A DNA stretch of 64,000 bases. Source: a virus. Positions 36,452 through 44,595 of this stretch are shown here, in pieces. The stretch lies in IMG/VR virus record IMGVR_UViG_3300021403_000005, one strand, 5' to 3'. The notes below the pieces were generated by a model, which saw only the letters and a list, made by a program, of their open reading frames with translations, did not search any database and had not been told where the DNA came from. How positions within the stretch are numbered: the stretch's first letter is position 1; each line of letters opens with the position of its first letter. A program made the position numbers and the translations under genes.

Positions 36452-36778
36452 TTATTTCTTGCCTCCGTAGCGATGGCCAGATGGCCCCGCATCAAAATGG
36501 GGATAGGGAACTCCGCCCATACCGCGAACCCAACTATTATCTGCGGCGTCATTATCGTAACCAGGGCCGTGGCGGTCGATTGGCGCCTGTGGCGCCTGCA
36601 TCTTGCGGCTCATCTCATCAATGTTCGGTGCATCAACGAGGCCACCAGCCTTGGTTCCACCACTCGATTCCTGTGGCAATCCATCCTGGCGAACCCCACC
36701 AGCTTTCTGGTCGCCACCACCATAGCGCGTCTTGGCAACGGAACGGCCCCAGTTCTCAGTCGATTTATGTTCAGCCAT
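36452..36778 (-). CDS. Small Gly-rich head-module protein
   Basis: Directly after the portal gene; RYGG and KAGG motifs. Confidence 0.6.
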   Translation of the reverse strand: MAEHKSTENWGRSVAKTRYGGGDQKAGGVRQDGLPQESSGGTKAGGLVDAPNIDEMSRKMQAPQAPIDRHGPGYDNDAADNSWVRGMGGVPYPHFDAGPSGHRYGGKK

Positions 36779-36780
36779 GA

Positions 36781-39288
36781 TTACTTGTCCTTCTTCGCTG
36801 GTTTAGCGGATTTCTGAACTTTTGCCAATGCTCTAGCCTGTTCAAGCTTAGCCTGATGCATCTCACGGATATGTTGCATCTTGGTTTCGTGCTCCTCGCG
36901 GGCGCGAGCCATCTCGGCATCATGCTCGGCGCGGGCATTCCTGATGTTATCGGCGCTCTCGATACGACCGCCCTGTAATTCGTGGGCTTGCTGAGCAGCA
37001 CTTGTTTGTATGTCTTGCTGGTTCTGTGCATGTTGGTGAAGCAACTCCTGAGCTTTGGAGGCGGCATCCATATGCATACCGTGGACAGTCTCGGCCTGCT
37101 TTAAGCCCATCTGATGCTGGGCCATTGCAGCATCGCGCTGCGCATCATGCGCGTGGATGATGCTTTCCTGCTGGAGCTTGATCTTCTGAAGCTCGATCTT
37201 GGCTTGCTCAACCTTCTCCCGCGAGGCCCGATCAGCCGCCTTATCGGCAATGGATTGCTGCTGCGTTTGCGCCTTAAGCTGCGTTTCTTGCAGTTGAATC
37301 TGGTTTTGCTGGCCTTCCGTCTGTGCCTTGGCCTGGATGGCTACCATACGTGGGTCAGGTGGCGGCGGGGTCGGTGTCTCGTTAAACAAGCCCTCTGGAT
37401 CAATATCCACAATCCGCATGATGCGGCGATCCACATTCATTGCATTGTAAAGCTGCGGGGATGCCTGTTGCAGCGTCTTGATCGCCATAGCCTTAGCAAT
37501 GCGATGCAGTGAAGTCGGGTTGTTCGGATCGGCTACCGGAACAAGCTCATACTTGTTCAGAGCTTCAATAAACTGTTCTTTCTTCCATTCGACAGTGGGG
37601 CGTCGGTTATGACGCCAGAAGGCTTCTGGGTCCTCTTTGAAGCGTTCTTTGAGAAGCTTGAACTCTTCCGCTTGCGCCGCGTGTAGGCGCTTATGCGCAG
37701 AGTCCATAACCTTAGAAGCCTGTTCGATGAGAGCGAGGGTGGTGCCGACCGGAGCATCTTGCTTGCCTTCGCCAACTTGGATGTTGGCTGTAGAAGCAAG
37801 TCTCCTGCCAACATCCTCAACATGCGTGGCAAAAGCACTGAACGACTGCCCGACTTCCTTGTATGGAAGCGGCATGATGGCATCGCGGATATTCTGCTGA
37901 GCGCCAATATCCAAGCCAACACCGCCGCCAGGAGGCACACGAAACTGATTGGTATTCTGTCGTCCCGCGCCCTTGGCATAGAGAAAGCCAGGAAAGTTGG
38001 CGAACATCCCAGCGTCAACCATCTCGCGCCAAACGGCCGTCAATGTGTTCGTAGTGTTACCAAGGAGATGAATATAGCCAAGCCCATAAAAACCAAGGCC
38101 GCGTATAAGAGGAAACTGGACAAAATATTGCTTAGACAAGCACTGATCGTCATCCTCTTCCCAGTTTCTTCGTATATCGAGAATCTTGCGGCTCTCCTTC
38201 TCAATAGTAACGCGATAGGGAAGCGGCAGTCCTTTGCCCTTAAATTCTTTCGGTGCGTAGTCATCGAGGTCTAGCTCGCAGTAGGTCTCGTAAACCTCAT
38301 AGTCCCGGTCCTCGGGACGCATGTTCGTAGAACGAACACCAGCGACTTCTTCCTTTTTCTTATCAAGCGTAGTTGGGTTTGGCGTGCCAGGAAGGCCAAG
38401 GTCTATATCGCGATAGGCGCCGAGAATCTGCATCCGGCGCAGAATGGATTGCCGCATGTGAATGCGGTGGGTAACACGACCACAATTCTTAATATCGGTC
38501 GCCGCATTGGAGATAATCAAATCTTCCGCATCAATGCTCTCCGATACGGGGCGGCGCCGAAGCGGACAGTTGTAAACTTTCTTGAAGCCATCGCCTCCAA
38601 AGCCAACATAGAACAGCATTCGGTCAGTATCGGGAACGTATTCCGTAGCAATGCCGGTGAGATAGAAGTTCATATCCTTCTCAAGGGCATTGGCTAATTC
38701 ATCAGTGGCGGCGATCTCTTCTTGCGGTGGGTCCTGTATATTAGGAGGTGGCGTAGTCGAATCGTTACGGACTTTGACTGGCCCAGAAGCAGGCAACAGT
38801 TCGGCTCTCGCTGTAGCCTGAAATGATACAGTAGCCTCTAGCAGTAGGGGGTGCCGGATGGTGGACATACCCTCCAATGGGGCTGAGCTACTTCCGGCAT
38901 CGGATCGTGGCTTCTCAAGCTTAAGTCCTAAGAGCGAGATACCCAACGTGCGGGTTTCGATCCACTCCTTGCGCGATTCCTCGTCGCGCATGATGCCTTC
39001 AAGAAGATTGGTGGCAAGACTATCGAGTTCGGAATCCTGCATTTCCTTGGCCAGATTGCGGCCAAAGCCTTTATCTTCTGGGGCGTCGTCTTTGATCCTG
39101 TCGGTATTGAAGTCGATGGTAACGGAACCATCGGGATGCTCGATCTTGAGAACACCATCCTCGACAGACTTGGTATCGACTTTCACATCCTCTTTGGGTC
39201 CCTTAGCAGAACCAACAATAGATAAAGGAGCGGGCGGGATTAACCGTGGGTAAGGATCGCTTAGGCGCCTGCTATTAGATAGAGCCAC
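36781..39288 (-). CDS. Portal protein
   Basis: 835 aa after terL; HPLLLEATVSFQATARAELLPASGPVK, DRMLFY..FGGDGFKK, GLGFYGLGYIHLLG, APVGTTLALIEQ, long Q-rich helical barrel. Confidence 0.9.
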   Translation of the reverse strand: MALSNSRRLSDPYPRLIPPAPLSIVGSAKGPKEDVKVDTKSVEDGVLKIEHPDGSVTIDFNTDRIKDDAPEDKGFGRNLAKEMQDSELDSLATNLLEGIMRDEESRKEWIETRTLGISLLGLKLEKPRSDAGSSSAPLEGMSTIRHPLLLEATVSFQATARAELLPASGPVKVRNDSTTPPPNIQDPPQEEIAATDELANALEKDMNFYLTGIATEYVPDTDRMLFYVGFGGDGFKKVYNCPLRRRPVSESIDAEDLIISNAATDIKNCGRVTHRIHMRQSILRRMQILGAYRDIDLGLPGTPNPTTLDKKKEEVAGVRSTNMRPEDRDYEVYETYCELDLDDYAPKEFKGKGLPLPYRVTIEKESRKILDIRRNWEEDDDQCLSKQYFVQFPLIRGLGFYGLGYIHLLGNTTNTLTAVWREMVDAGMFANFPGFLYAKGAGRQNTNQFRVPPGGGVGLDIGAQQNIRDAIMPLPYKEVGQSFSAFATHVEDVGRRLASTANIQVGEGKQDAPVGTTLALIEQASKVMDSAHKRLHAAQAEEFKLLKERFKEDPEAFWRHNRRPTVEWKKEQFIEALNKYELVPVADPNNPTSLHRIAKAMAIKTLQQASPQLYNAMNVDRRIMRIVDIDPEGLFNETPTPPPPDPRMVAIQAKAQTEGQQNQIQLQETQLKAQTQQQSIADKAADRASREKVEQAKIELQKIKLQQESIIHAHDAQRDAAMAQHQMGLKQAETVHGMHMDAASKAQELLHQHAQNQQDIQTSAAQQAHELQGGRIESADNIRNARAEHDAEMARAREEHETKMQHIREMHQAKLEQARALAKVQKSAKPAKKDK

Positions 39289-39295
39289 TTATTCC

Positions 39296-40924
39296 TCAGA
39301 AGGGATAGAGGGCGGCTGTTGCCGATGGAGAACTATAAGCTAGTTCGTCCGCAGAAGCCATTGACTGTTCCTCACGGCGCAAAGCAAAACCCGACTCTCG
39401 CAAGTAACGAAGCGCTTGCGATGTGGAATCCACCAAGTCGTCCCGCGCACCTTTCGGGAAAAGCGCACACTGATCTATGACCATATCGGCCCAACTCTTG
39501 TCCGGGGCGTAGATCATCTCATCGGCAAAGAGATGCTGGATGGCGTGGACCCTGGCCACCTTGTCGCCGTACTTGGTGGGGTCCAGAAGTTCCACCCCCA
39601 GCTTGCCAGTGCCACGTAGCAATCGGTGAAGTTCATGCCCAATCGAGAGGCCGCTGGCCTTTGATTCCACCAAGAGCCTATCGACCGGGAATCTGGCCTC
39701 AACCGTGGTCACCGTACTGATCGTGCATGTCTGTATAACCTTTTGAACTAACTCGTAAAATTGCAACCGTTCCTGCCAAGCATAGATCAGCATAACCTTG
39801 GGATTCCCGGCCACATCGCGAAACACCCCCCAGATGGTCAGGGCTGAGGCGTCGTTTTCCTGCTTGATGGTGTAGGCGGTATCCAGGGAGGCGAGGATGT
39901 ACTCGAATCCAGGGTACTTCCCCTTTTCCCACATCTGCCAGAAATGGCGCTTAATAATTGAGCCACCACGCGGTTCCGGGGTCTGCTGGTACTGTCCGGC
40001 CCAGGCGTGAGGCCCTTTGTCGCGCTCCAGGCCCTTGCAGATTTCCTGGGTGAATCGCTCGGGCCAAGCTAGCTCGTAATCCGTAATTCGAGGGTCCTCC
40101 CAGAATACATCCTTGTCTTGCACATCTTTCACATCATCCCCAACAAATGTCTTAATACTACCATCAGGCGCATAGGCATTAACATACACCTTGGGAATGT
40201 ACTCCATGGGAATCCAGAGGTGGGTGTAGCCCATCTCCCGGCTGAGTGCGATTCCGCTAACATCGTCCTCGTGGGTGCGCTGCTGGATGACAGCGATGAT
40301 GCTCTCTTGGGGATTGTTCAGGCGGTCGGGCATGATTTCTGTAAACCACATCTTGGTGGTTTCTCGAACTAGCTCCGATTCCACATCAAATGGGTTATTC
40401 GGGTCGTCAATGATGATAATGTCGGCCCGTTCCCCCGTACCGATGCCGCCGACCGAGGTAGCCAGCTTCCAGCCGGTCTTGTCGTTAGCGAACTTGATCT
40501 TGGTGAATTGCTCATTGGAAATACCAAAGCGGTTGCCCCACATGCGCCTGTAGCGCTCGCTCACCACGATATTGCGGCAACGCATATTATCGCGTTCCGT
40601 CAAATGGTTAGAGTAGGCGGCGCACATGAATCGCGTCCACGGCTTGTTCTGCGGCCCCCATATCCAGGCAGGCCAGAACACGTCAGTCAGCAGCGACTTG
40701 GTAAAACCCGGCGGCACATTAATAAGGAGGCGCTTGATGTGCCCCTCGGACGCTGCCTGAAGGTGATCGGCAATGGCTTCAATGGCCCAGCCCCGAATAA
40801 ATGGGATCGCTGGCTCAACCACCGGCCACACGTACTCGGCAAAGTCGATGAGGCTACCTTCATACTTGCGATTGACCAGAAGCTTGTCGATTTGCCGGTA
40901 GGCGGTCTTGACCAGTTCGCTCAT
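39296..40924 (-). CDS. terL: Terminase large subunit
   Basis: LLINVPPGFTKS (Walker A region), IIIIDD (Walker B), YILASLDTA, VESKASG, GARDDLVDSTSQAL (RNase H-like nuclease). Confidence 0.95.
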   Translation of the reverse strand: MSELVKTAYRQIDKLLVNRKYEGSLIDFAEYVWPVVEPAIPFIRGWAIEAIADHLQAASEGHIKRLLINVPPGFTKSLLTDVFWPAWIWGPQNKPWTRFMCAAYSNHLTERDNMRCRNIVVSERYRRMWGNRFGISNEQFTKIKFANDKTGWKLATSVGGIGTGERADIIIIDDPNNPFDVESELVRETTKMWFTEIMPDRLNNPQESIIAVIQQRTHEDDVSGIALSREMGYTHLWIPMEYIPKVYVNAYAPDGSIKTFVGDDVKDVQDKDVFWEDPRITDYELAWPERFTQEICKGLERDKGPHAWAGQYQQTPEPRGGSIIKRHFWQMWEKGKYPGFEYILASLDTAYTIKQENDASALTIWGVFRDVAGNPKVMLIYAWQERLQFYELVQKVIQTCTISTVTTVEARFPVDRLLVESKASGLSIGHELHRLLRGTGKLGVELLDPTKYGDKVARVHAIQHLFADEMIYAPDKSWADMVIDQCALFPKGARDDLVDSTSQALRYLRESGFALRREEQSMASADELAYSSPSATAALYPF

Positions 40925-40994
40925 TAAAAATCCAGCGGTGGAAAACTCGACAACAATGATTGTCGCTTTCCGGGGCAGCTTATACCGAATCACA

Positions 40995-41351
40995 ATGGAA
41001 GAGAATGCTAAGACCTCACACACCGTCATCTACAATCGGCTTTGGAATATCCAACCGGGCGAACAGATTATCTATTTCGTGGGATTCTTGGATGCCGAAC
41101 GCGATCCGCAACCTTCAGAGAGTCCGCTCAATAAGATCGCCAATCTCGCCTACCAGCTTATGCTGGAAGGTCGCGTGAGGCTTACGCAGCGACGCATCAT
41201 GGCGCCAGTCGTTCATGGCGGCATGGTCGATTGGCATCGTGGGGTCGGACAGGGCTTTGAATATATCGCTACGGGGACCACACCCAGGAAAGAAGCGATG
41301 AAAGTACCCGAAAGAACTCTCTACAACCCCCTCAGCAAGGTACTCAAATGA
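40995..41351 (+). CDS. Phage hypothetical protein, first gene of the plus-strand block
   Basis: PGEQIIYFVGFL...ANLAYQL..EGRVRLTQRR...FEYIA; ATGA coupling to the next gene. Confidence 0.6.
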   Translation: MEENAKTSHTVIYNRLWNIQPGEQIIYFVGFLDAERDPQPSESPLNKIANLAYQLMLEGRVRLTQRRIMAPVVHGGMVDWHRGVGQGFEYIATGTTPRKEAMKVPERTLYNPLSKVLK

Positions 41352-41569
41352 ACCGAAGCGATCTCGATGATTTGGAAGAGAAGATCATGGACGAATTCGC
41401 CAAGCGGCGCGCTCTCGGTGGATTCGATGCTAATGCCGCTACTATTCTGCTCTTGATTCGATGGGTTTACGAACTCACACGACACCTTAAGGATAAAGAG
41501 CCAAAATCCAAGGAAGCCGAAGTCGATCTTGCGGGAGCCAGAGTCGAACTACGCCCGAAGAAAAAATGA
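41348..41569 (+). CDS. Small hypothetical protein
   Basis: ATGA overlaps at both ends. Confidence 0.6.
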   Translation: MNRSDLDDLEEKIMDEFAKRRALGGFDANAATILLLIRWVYELTRHLKDKEPKSKEAEVDLAGARVELRPKKK

Positions 41570-42084
41570 CCCCTCCGTTAAGTACGTTCAATCTGGTCTT
41601 GATGCCATATCAGCAGCGCCTCCTGCGTCAGCAACACGTTGATTGGCTCAATGATAAAGAACTCATGAAGTATTCCGAGCAGCGCCATCGTAAGCATACG
41701 ATGGAGACGCAGCGCGAATACCTTTGGACCTTTCCTAAGACCTCGCACATCTGGCTCATTGAATTTGGCCCACCGCCAGTCCCGGAACTGCGAGCCATCG
41801 GCACCATCACAGCCTACATAGACCAGCCCAACAAAGTTGCCAATATGGGCATCTTGCTTGGGGAAGAGAAGGGCTATGGCCATGGTTTGGCAGCATGGTC
41901 AGCGGTGATGGAGTTTCTATTCGCAGATGGAATCCGCAAGGTTGAGGCTGGATGTATGGCCGTTAATGAGCCGATGCGGTTGCTTGCCACCAAAGCCAAG
42001 ATGAATGTCGAAGGGGTTATTCCTGAGCATTATCTATTCGAAGGTAAGCCCTGCGATCTCATTAACTATGGGAAAACCAAGTGA
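41566..42084 (+). CDS. RimJ/RimL-type GNAT N-acetyltransferase (PseH-like role)
   Basis: HVDWLND.E.MKYSEQRH, IGTITA, MGILLGE.KGYG.G..AW, RKVEAG.MA.NEPM. Confidence 0.8.
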   Translation: MTPPLSTFNLVLMPYQQRLLRQQHVDWLNDKELMKYSEQRHRKHTMETQREYLWTFPKTSHIWLIEFGPPPVPELRAIGTITAYIDQPNKVANMGILLGEEKGYGHGLAAWSAVMEFLFADGIRKVEAGCMAVNEPMRLLATKAKMNVEGVIPEHYLFEGKPCDLINYGKTK

Positions 42085-42653
42085 AGGTTCTGCTGCTTTC
42101 GCCCTACCCAGAGCGCCTTGCAGATATTTTGCGAGATGATGATGTTGTTCCTCTCGTCTCCAAAATTCACTGGCCAAACGTCGATTTCGTTATCTCCTAT
42201 GGACACCGCGAGATCATAAGAGAGCCGTACTTATCCGAATACAAAGGACGGATAATAAACATCCACCTCAGCCTATTACCATGGAATCGCGGCGCCGATC
42301 CGAATTTCTGGGCGTGGTTTGATAATACTCCACATGGCGTCTCCATCCATCACATAGATGATGGTATAGATTCTGGACCGATCATCTTTAACGGCACAGT
42401 TGATATGACCCTCGATCCAATCGGAACACTGGAGTCATCATACGGCATCTTGCAGAACCACGCCGTATATCTCTTTGGTATTCTCTGGGAAAACTTTAAG
42501 TACAAAGGTAAGCTGCCCCGAGGCCGCCCTAATGAGGGGGGCACCTACCATAGGTCCAAAGACAAAGAGCAATGGATGGCGCGATTCCCGCTCGGCTGGA
42601 AAACTCCTGTCGCAGATGTAATGGCACTCGGAAGAAAAGCCAATGGCCGCTAG
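42081..42653 (+). CDS. Sugar N-formyltransferase (Formyl_trans_N only)
   Basis: VISYGHREII, IINIHLSLLPWNRGADPNFW, GVSIHHIDDGIDSGPII; 190 aa with no tRNA-binding C-terminal domain. Confidence 0.85.
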   Translation: MKVLLLSPYPERLADILRDDDVVPLVSKIHWPNVDFVISYGHREIIREPYLSEYKGRIINIHLSLLPWNRGADPNFWAWFDNTPHGVSIHHIDDGIDSGPIIFNGTVDMTLDPIGTLESSYGILQNHAVYLFGILWENFKYKGKLPRGRPNEGGTYHRSKDKEQWMARFPLGWKTPVADVMALGRKANGR

Positions 42654-43329
42654 CCAAACCGAGAGATTCCTGCATGGCGCTGGCGATGATTACTACATGC
42701 GCAATCGCAATGATTTCGGCCAAAAGGAAAAGGACCCGGTTCTCTCGATACTAAAAGCCACCGAAATTAAGCCTACATCCATACTGGAAATAGGCTGCGC
42801 TAATGGCTGGCGCCTCATGAAGCTCAAGGGACTCTACAACTGTCATGTACGAGGCATTGATCCCTCGACTATGGCTATCCAAGAAGGATCGAAGGATTTA
42901 GGTGGCGATCTACAGGTGGGGGTCGCCCAACACATACCATTTGATGCCAACAGCTTCGATCTGGTGATATTCGGCTACTTTATGTTTCTCTGTGAACCAA
43001 ATTCTTGGTTCCAGATCATGGCTGAGGCCAATCGTGTTCTAGCAGATAAAGGGCACATCGCCCATTACGATTACATCAGCGCCCGACCTTTGGTTTGGGA
43101 ATACGCCCCAGCCAAAGCGTCCATTCGCGAAAAGGAATGCCGAGCCTGGGTCTATGACCACGCCAAAATGTGGCTCAGTCACCCCGGCTACTTTGCCGTC
43201 GCAGAAGGCACCGGACCTTGTGAATTAGGTAAAACCGTTGCCTGCCAAGTTATGGTCACATTGTTACAGAAAGACATGACTCGTTCGTTTCATAAACCAG
43301 ACGGCACGATACCTGAGTTTACACAATGA
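42643..43329 (+). CDS. Class I SAM methyltransferase (nonulosonate-cluster type)
   Basis: F..GAGDDYY.RN, ILEIGCANGWRL, GIDPS, FDLVIFG. Confidence 0.85.
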   Translation: MAASQTERFLHGAGDDYYMRNRNDFGQKEKDPVLSILKATEIKPTSILEIGCANGWRLMKLKGLYNCHVRGIDPSTMAIQEGSKDLGGDLQVGVAQHIPFDANSFDLVIFGYFMFLCEPNSWFQIMAEANRVLADKGHIAHYDYISARPLVWEYAPAKASIREKECRAWVYDHAKMWLSHPGYFAVAEGTGPCELGKTVACQVMVTLLQKDMTRSFHKPDGTIPEFTQ

Positions 43330-44279
43330 CCAAGACATTCGGGATTCTCGGCCACGGTTCTATTGGAAAGCGCCATGCACAGAATCTCGTGCGGCTTGGT
43401 CACAAGGTCCTAACCTTTGATCCAAGCAATCCTATCCCCAAGTCGGCGCCACCATTCATAGCAATGCACGATGAACAAGACTTAATTAACAATGCCGATG
43501 CTATTCTCATATGCAGCCCCACGGCACTGCATTATGAGCATCTCGTTAAAGGCCTCTTTGCCAGGAAACCGATCTTCGTTGAAAAGCCCATAGGAGATAC
43601 CGAGAAGTGTCACTTCTTGGGATCGGTCATGGGACGCGATCCATTTATGGTTGGCTACAATCTGCGCTTCCATTCCTGCGTTAAGAAAGCCAAGGAGTGG
43701 CTCGACAACGGTATTCTTGGCCAGATTCAATGGGCGAGCTTCGTGGTGGGGCAGAAGAACGACAAGCTCGACTACCTCCGCGACGGTGTAATCCTCAACT
43801 GGTCGCATGAGATTGATCTGGCGCTGTACCTACTGGGTCCAGCGAAGGTGTTACAGGCTTCCGCTCGTGTCACAGGTTCCGGTGAGGATATAGCCGACAT
43901 TTGGCTACAACATGACAGCGGCGCTCGATCATCCATCCACTTGGACTATGTAACCAAGCCTGAGATTCGTGAGGCTTGGATTGTCGGCGCCAATAACAGG
44001 ATTGGTATGGACCTTGTTGGGCGCAATGCCTCGCTAGGTGAATACGTCCATCGCGGAGACGACAGCTTCGATCAGAACTATGTAGAGGAAATACGGGCTT
44101 TTATTGACCGCATAGATGGCAAGGAGACAATCGGATGCAACGCAAAAGAAGGGTTGGCCGCCCTAGAAATATGCCTCCAAGCGCGCCGCCTAGCCGGACT
44201 ATCGAGCGAGACGTTCGCCCACTCGATTCCTTGGACGCCGCCTTCGGAATCTACACCGACCCCGAAATCCAACTCCTGA
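43326..44279 (+). CDS. Gfo/Idh/MocA NAD-dependent oxidoreductase
   Basis: GILGHGSIGKRH, ICSPTALH, IFVEKP, VGYNLRFH, SHEIDLALYLLG. Confidence 0.9.
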   Translation: MTKTFGILGHGSIGKRHAQNLVRLGHKVLTFDPSNPIPKSAPPFIAMHDEQDLINNADAILICSPTALHYEHLVKGLFARKPIFVEKPIGDTEKCHFLGSVMGRDPFMVGYNLRFHSCVKKAKEWLDNGILGQIQWASFVVGQKNDKLDYLRDGVILNWSHEIDLALYLLGPAKVLQASARVTGSGEDIADIWLQHDSGARSSIHLDYVTKPEIREAWIVGANNRIGMDLVGRNASLGEYVHRGDDSFDQNYVEEIRAFIDRIDGKETIGCNAKEGLAALEICLQARRLAGLSSETFAHSIPWTPPSESTPTPKSNS

Positions 44280-44430
44280 TTAAGTCACACGCCAAGAATA
44301 TCATTGGCTTCAGCTATGGCGGTCCTACAGGAGAGATGACGATAGAAACACACAATGCGATTCTACGCGAGGCTAATCGCATCCTCTTCCTGTGCAAGAG
44401 TATGCAGCTAACTACCAAACGAACACGGTC

Positions 44431-44595
44431 ATGAAAGCCTCTAAATACTCCGTCCAATATACCGATCACGGTACAAAGCAGGAACACTGCTCGATCTGCA
44501 AACATTACGTCTCGCCTGTGATCTGCGCTGTGGTTGAGGGCCGCATCAAGGCTGGCGGCTGGTGCAAGAAATTCGAGAGGAAAAACGAAGAATGA
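44431..44595 (+). CDS. HiPIP-like [4Fe-4S] protein lacking a Tat signal
   Basis: KASKYSVQY...HCSICKHY...CAVVEGRI..GGWCKKF; four Cys in HiPIP spacing; ATGA overlaps at both ends. Confidence 0.7.
   Translation: MKASKYSVQYTDHGTKQEHCSICKHYVSPVICAVVEGRIKAGGWCKKFERKNEE

Noticed and set aside
42081-42653. Formyltransferase as a Met-tRNA formyltransferase serving the nearby tRNA-CAT
   Set aside because: It is only 190 aa, lacks the C-terminal tRNA-binding domain of Fmt, and is coupled to sugar-modifying genes; a sugar N-formyltransferase fits better.
44135-44434. 99-aa ORF overlapping the oxidoreductase 3' end
   Set aside because: The start is ambiguous. Only the last 32 codons (RBS ACAGGAG, ATG near 44336) are plausible, and a frameshift at the junction cannot be established.
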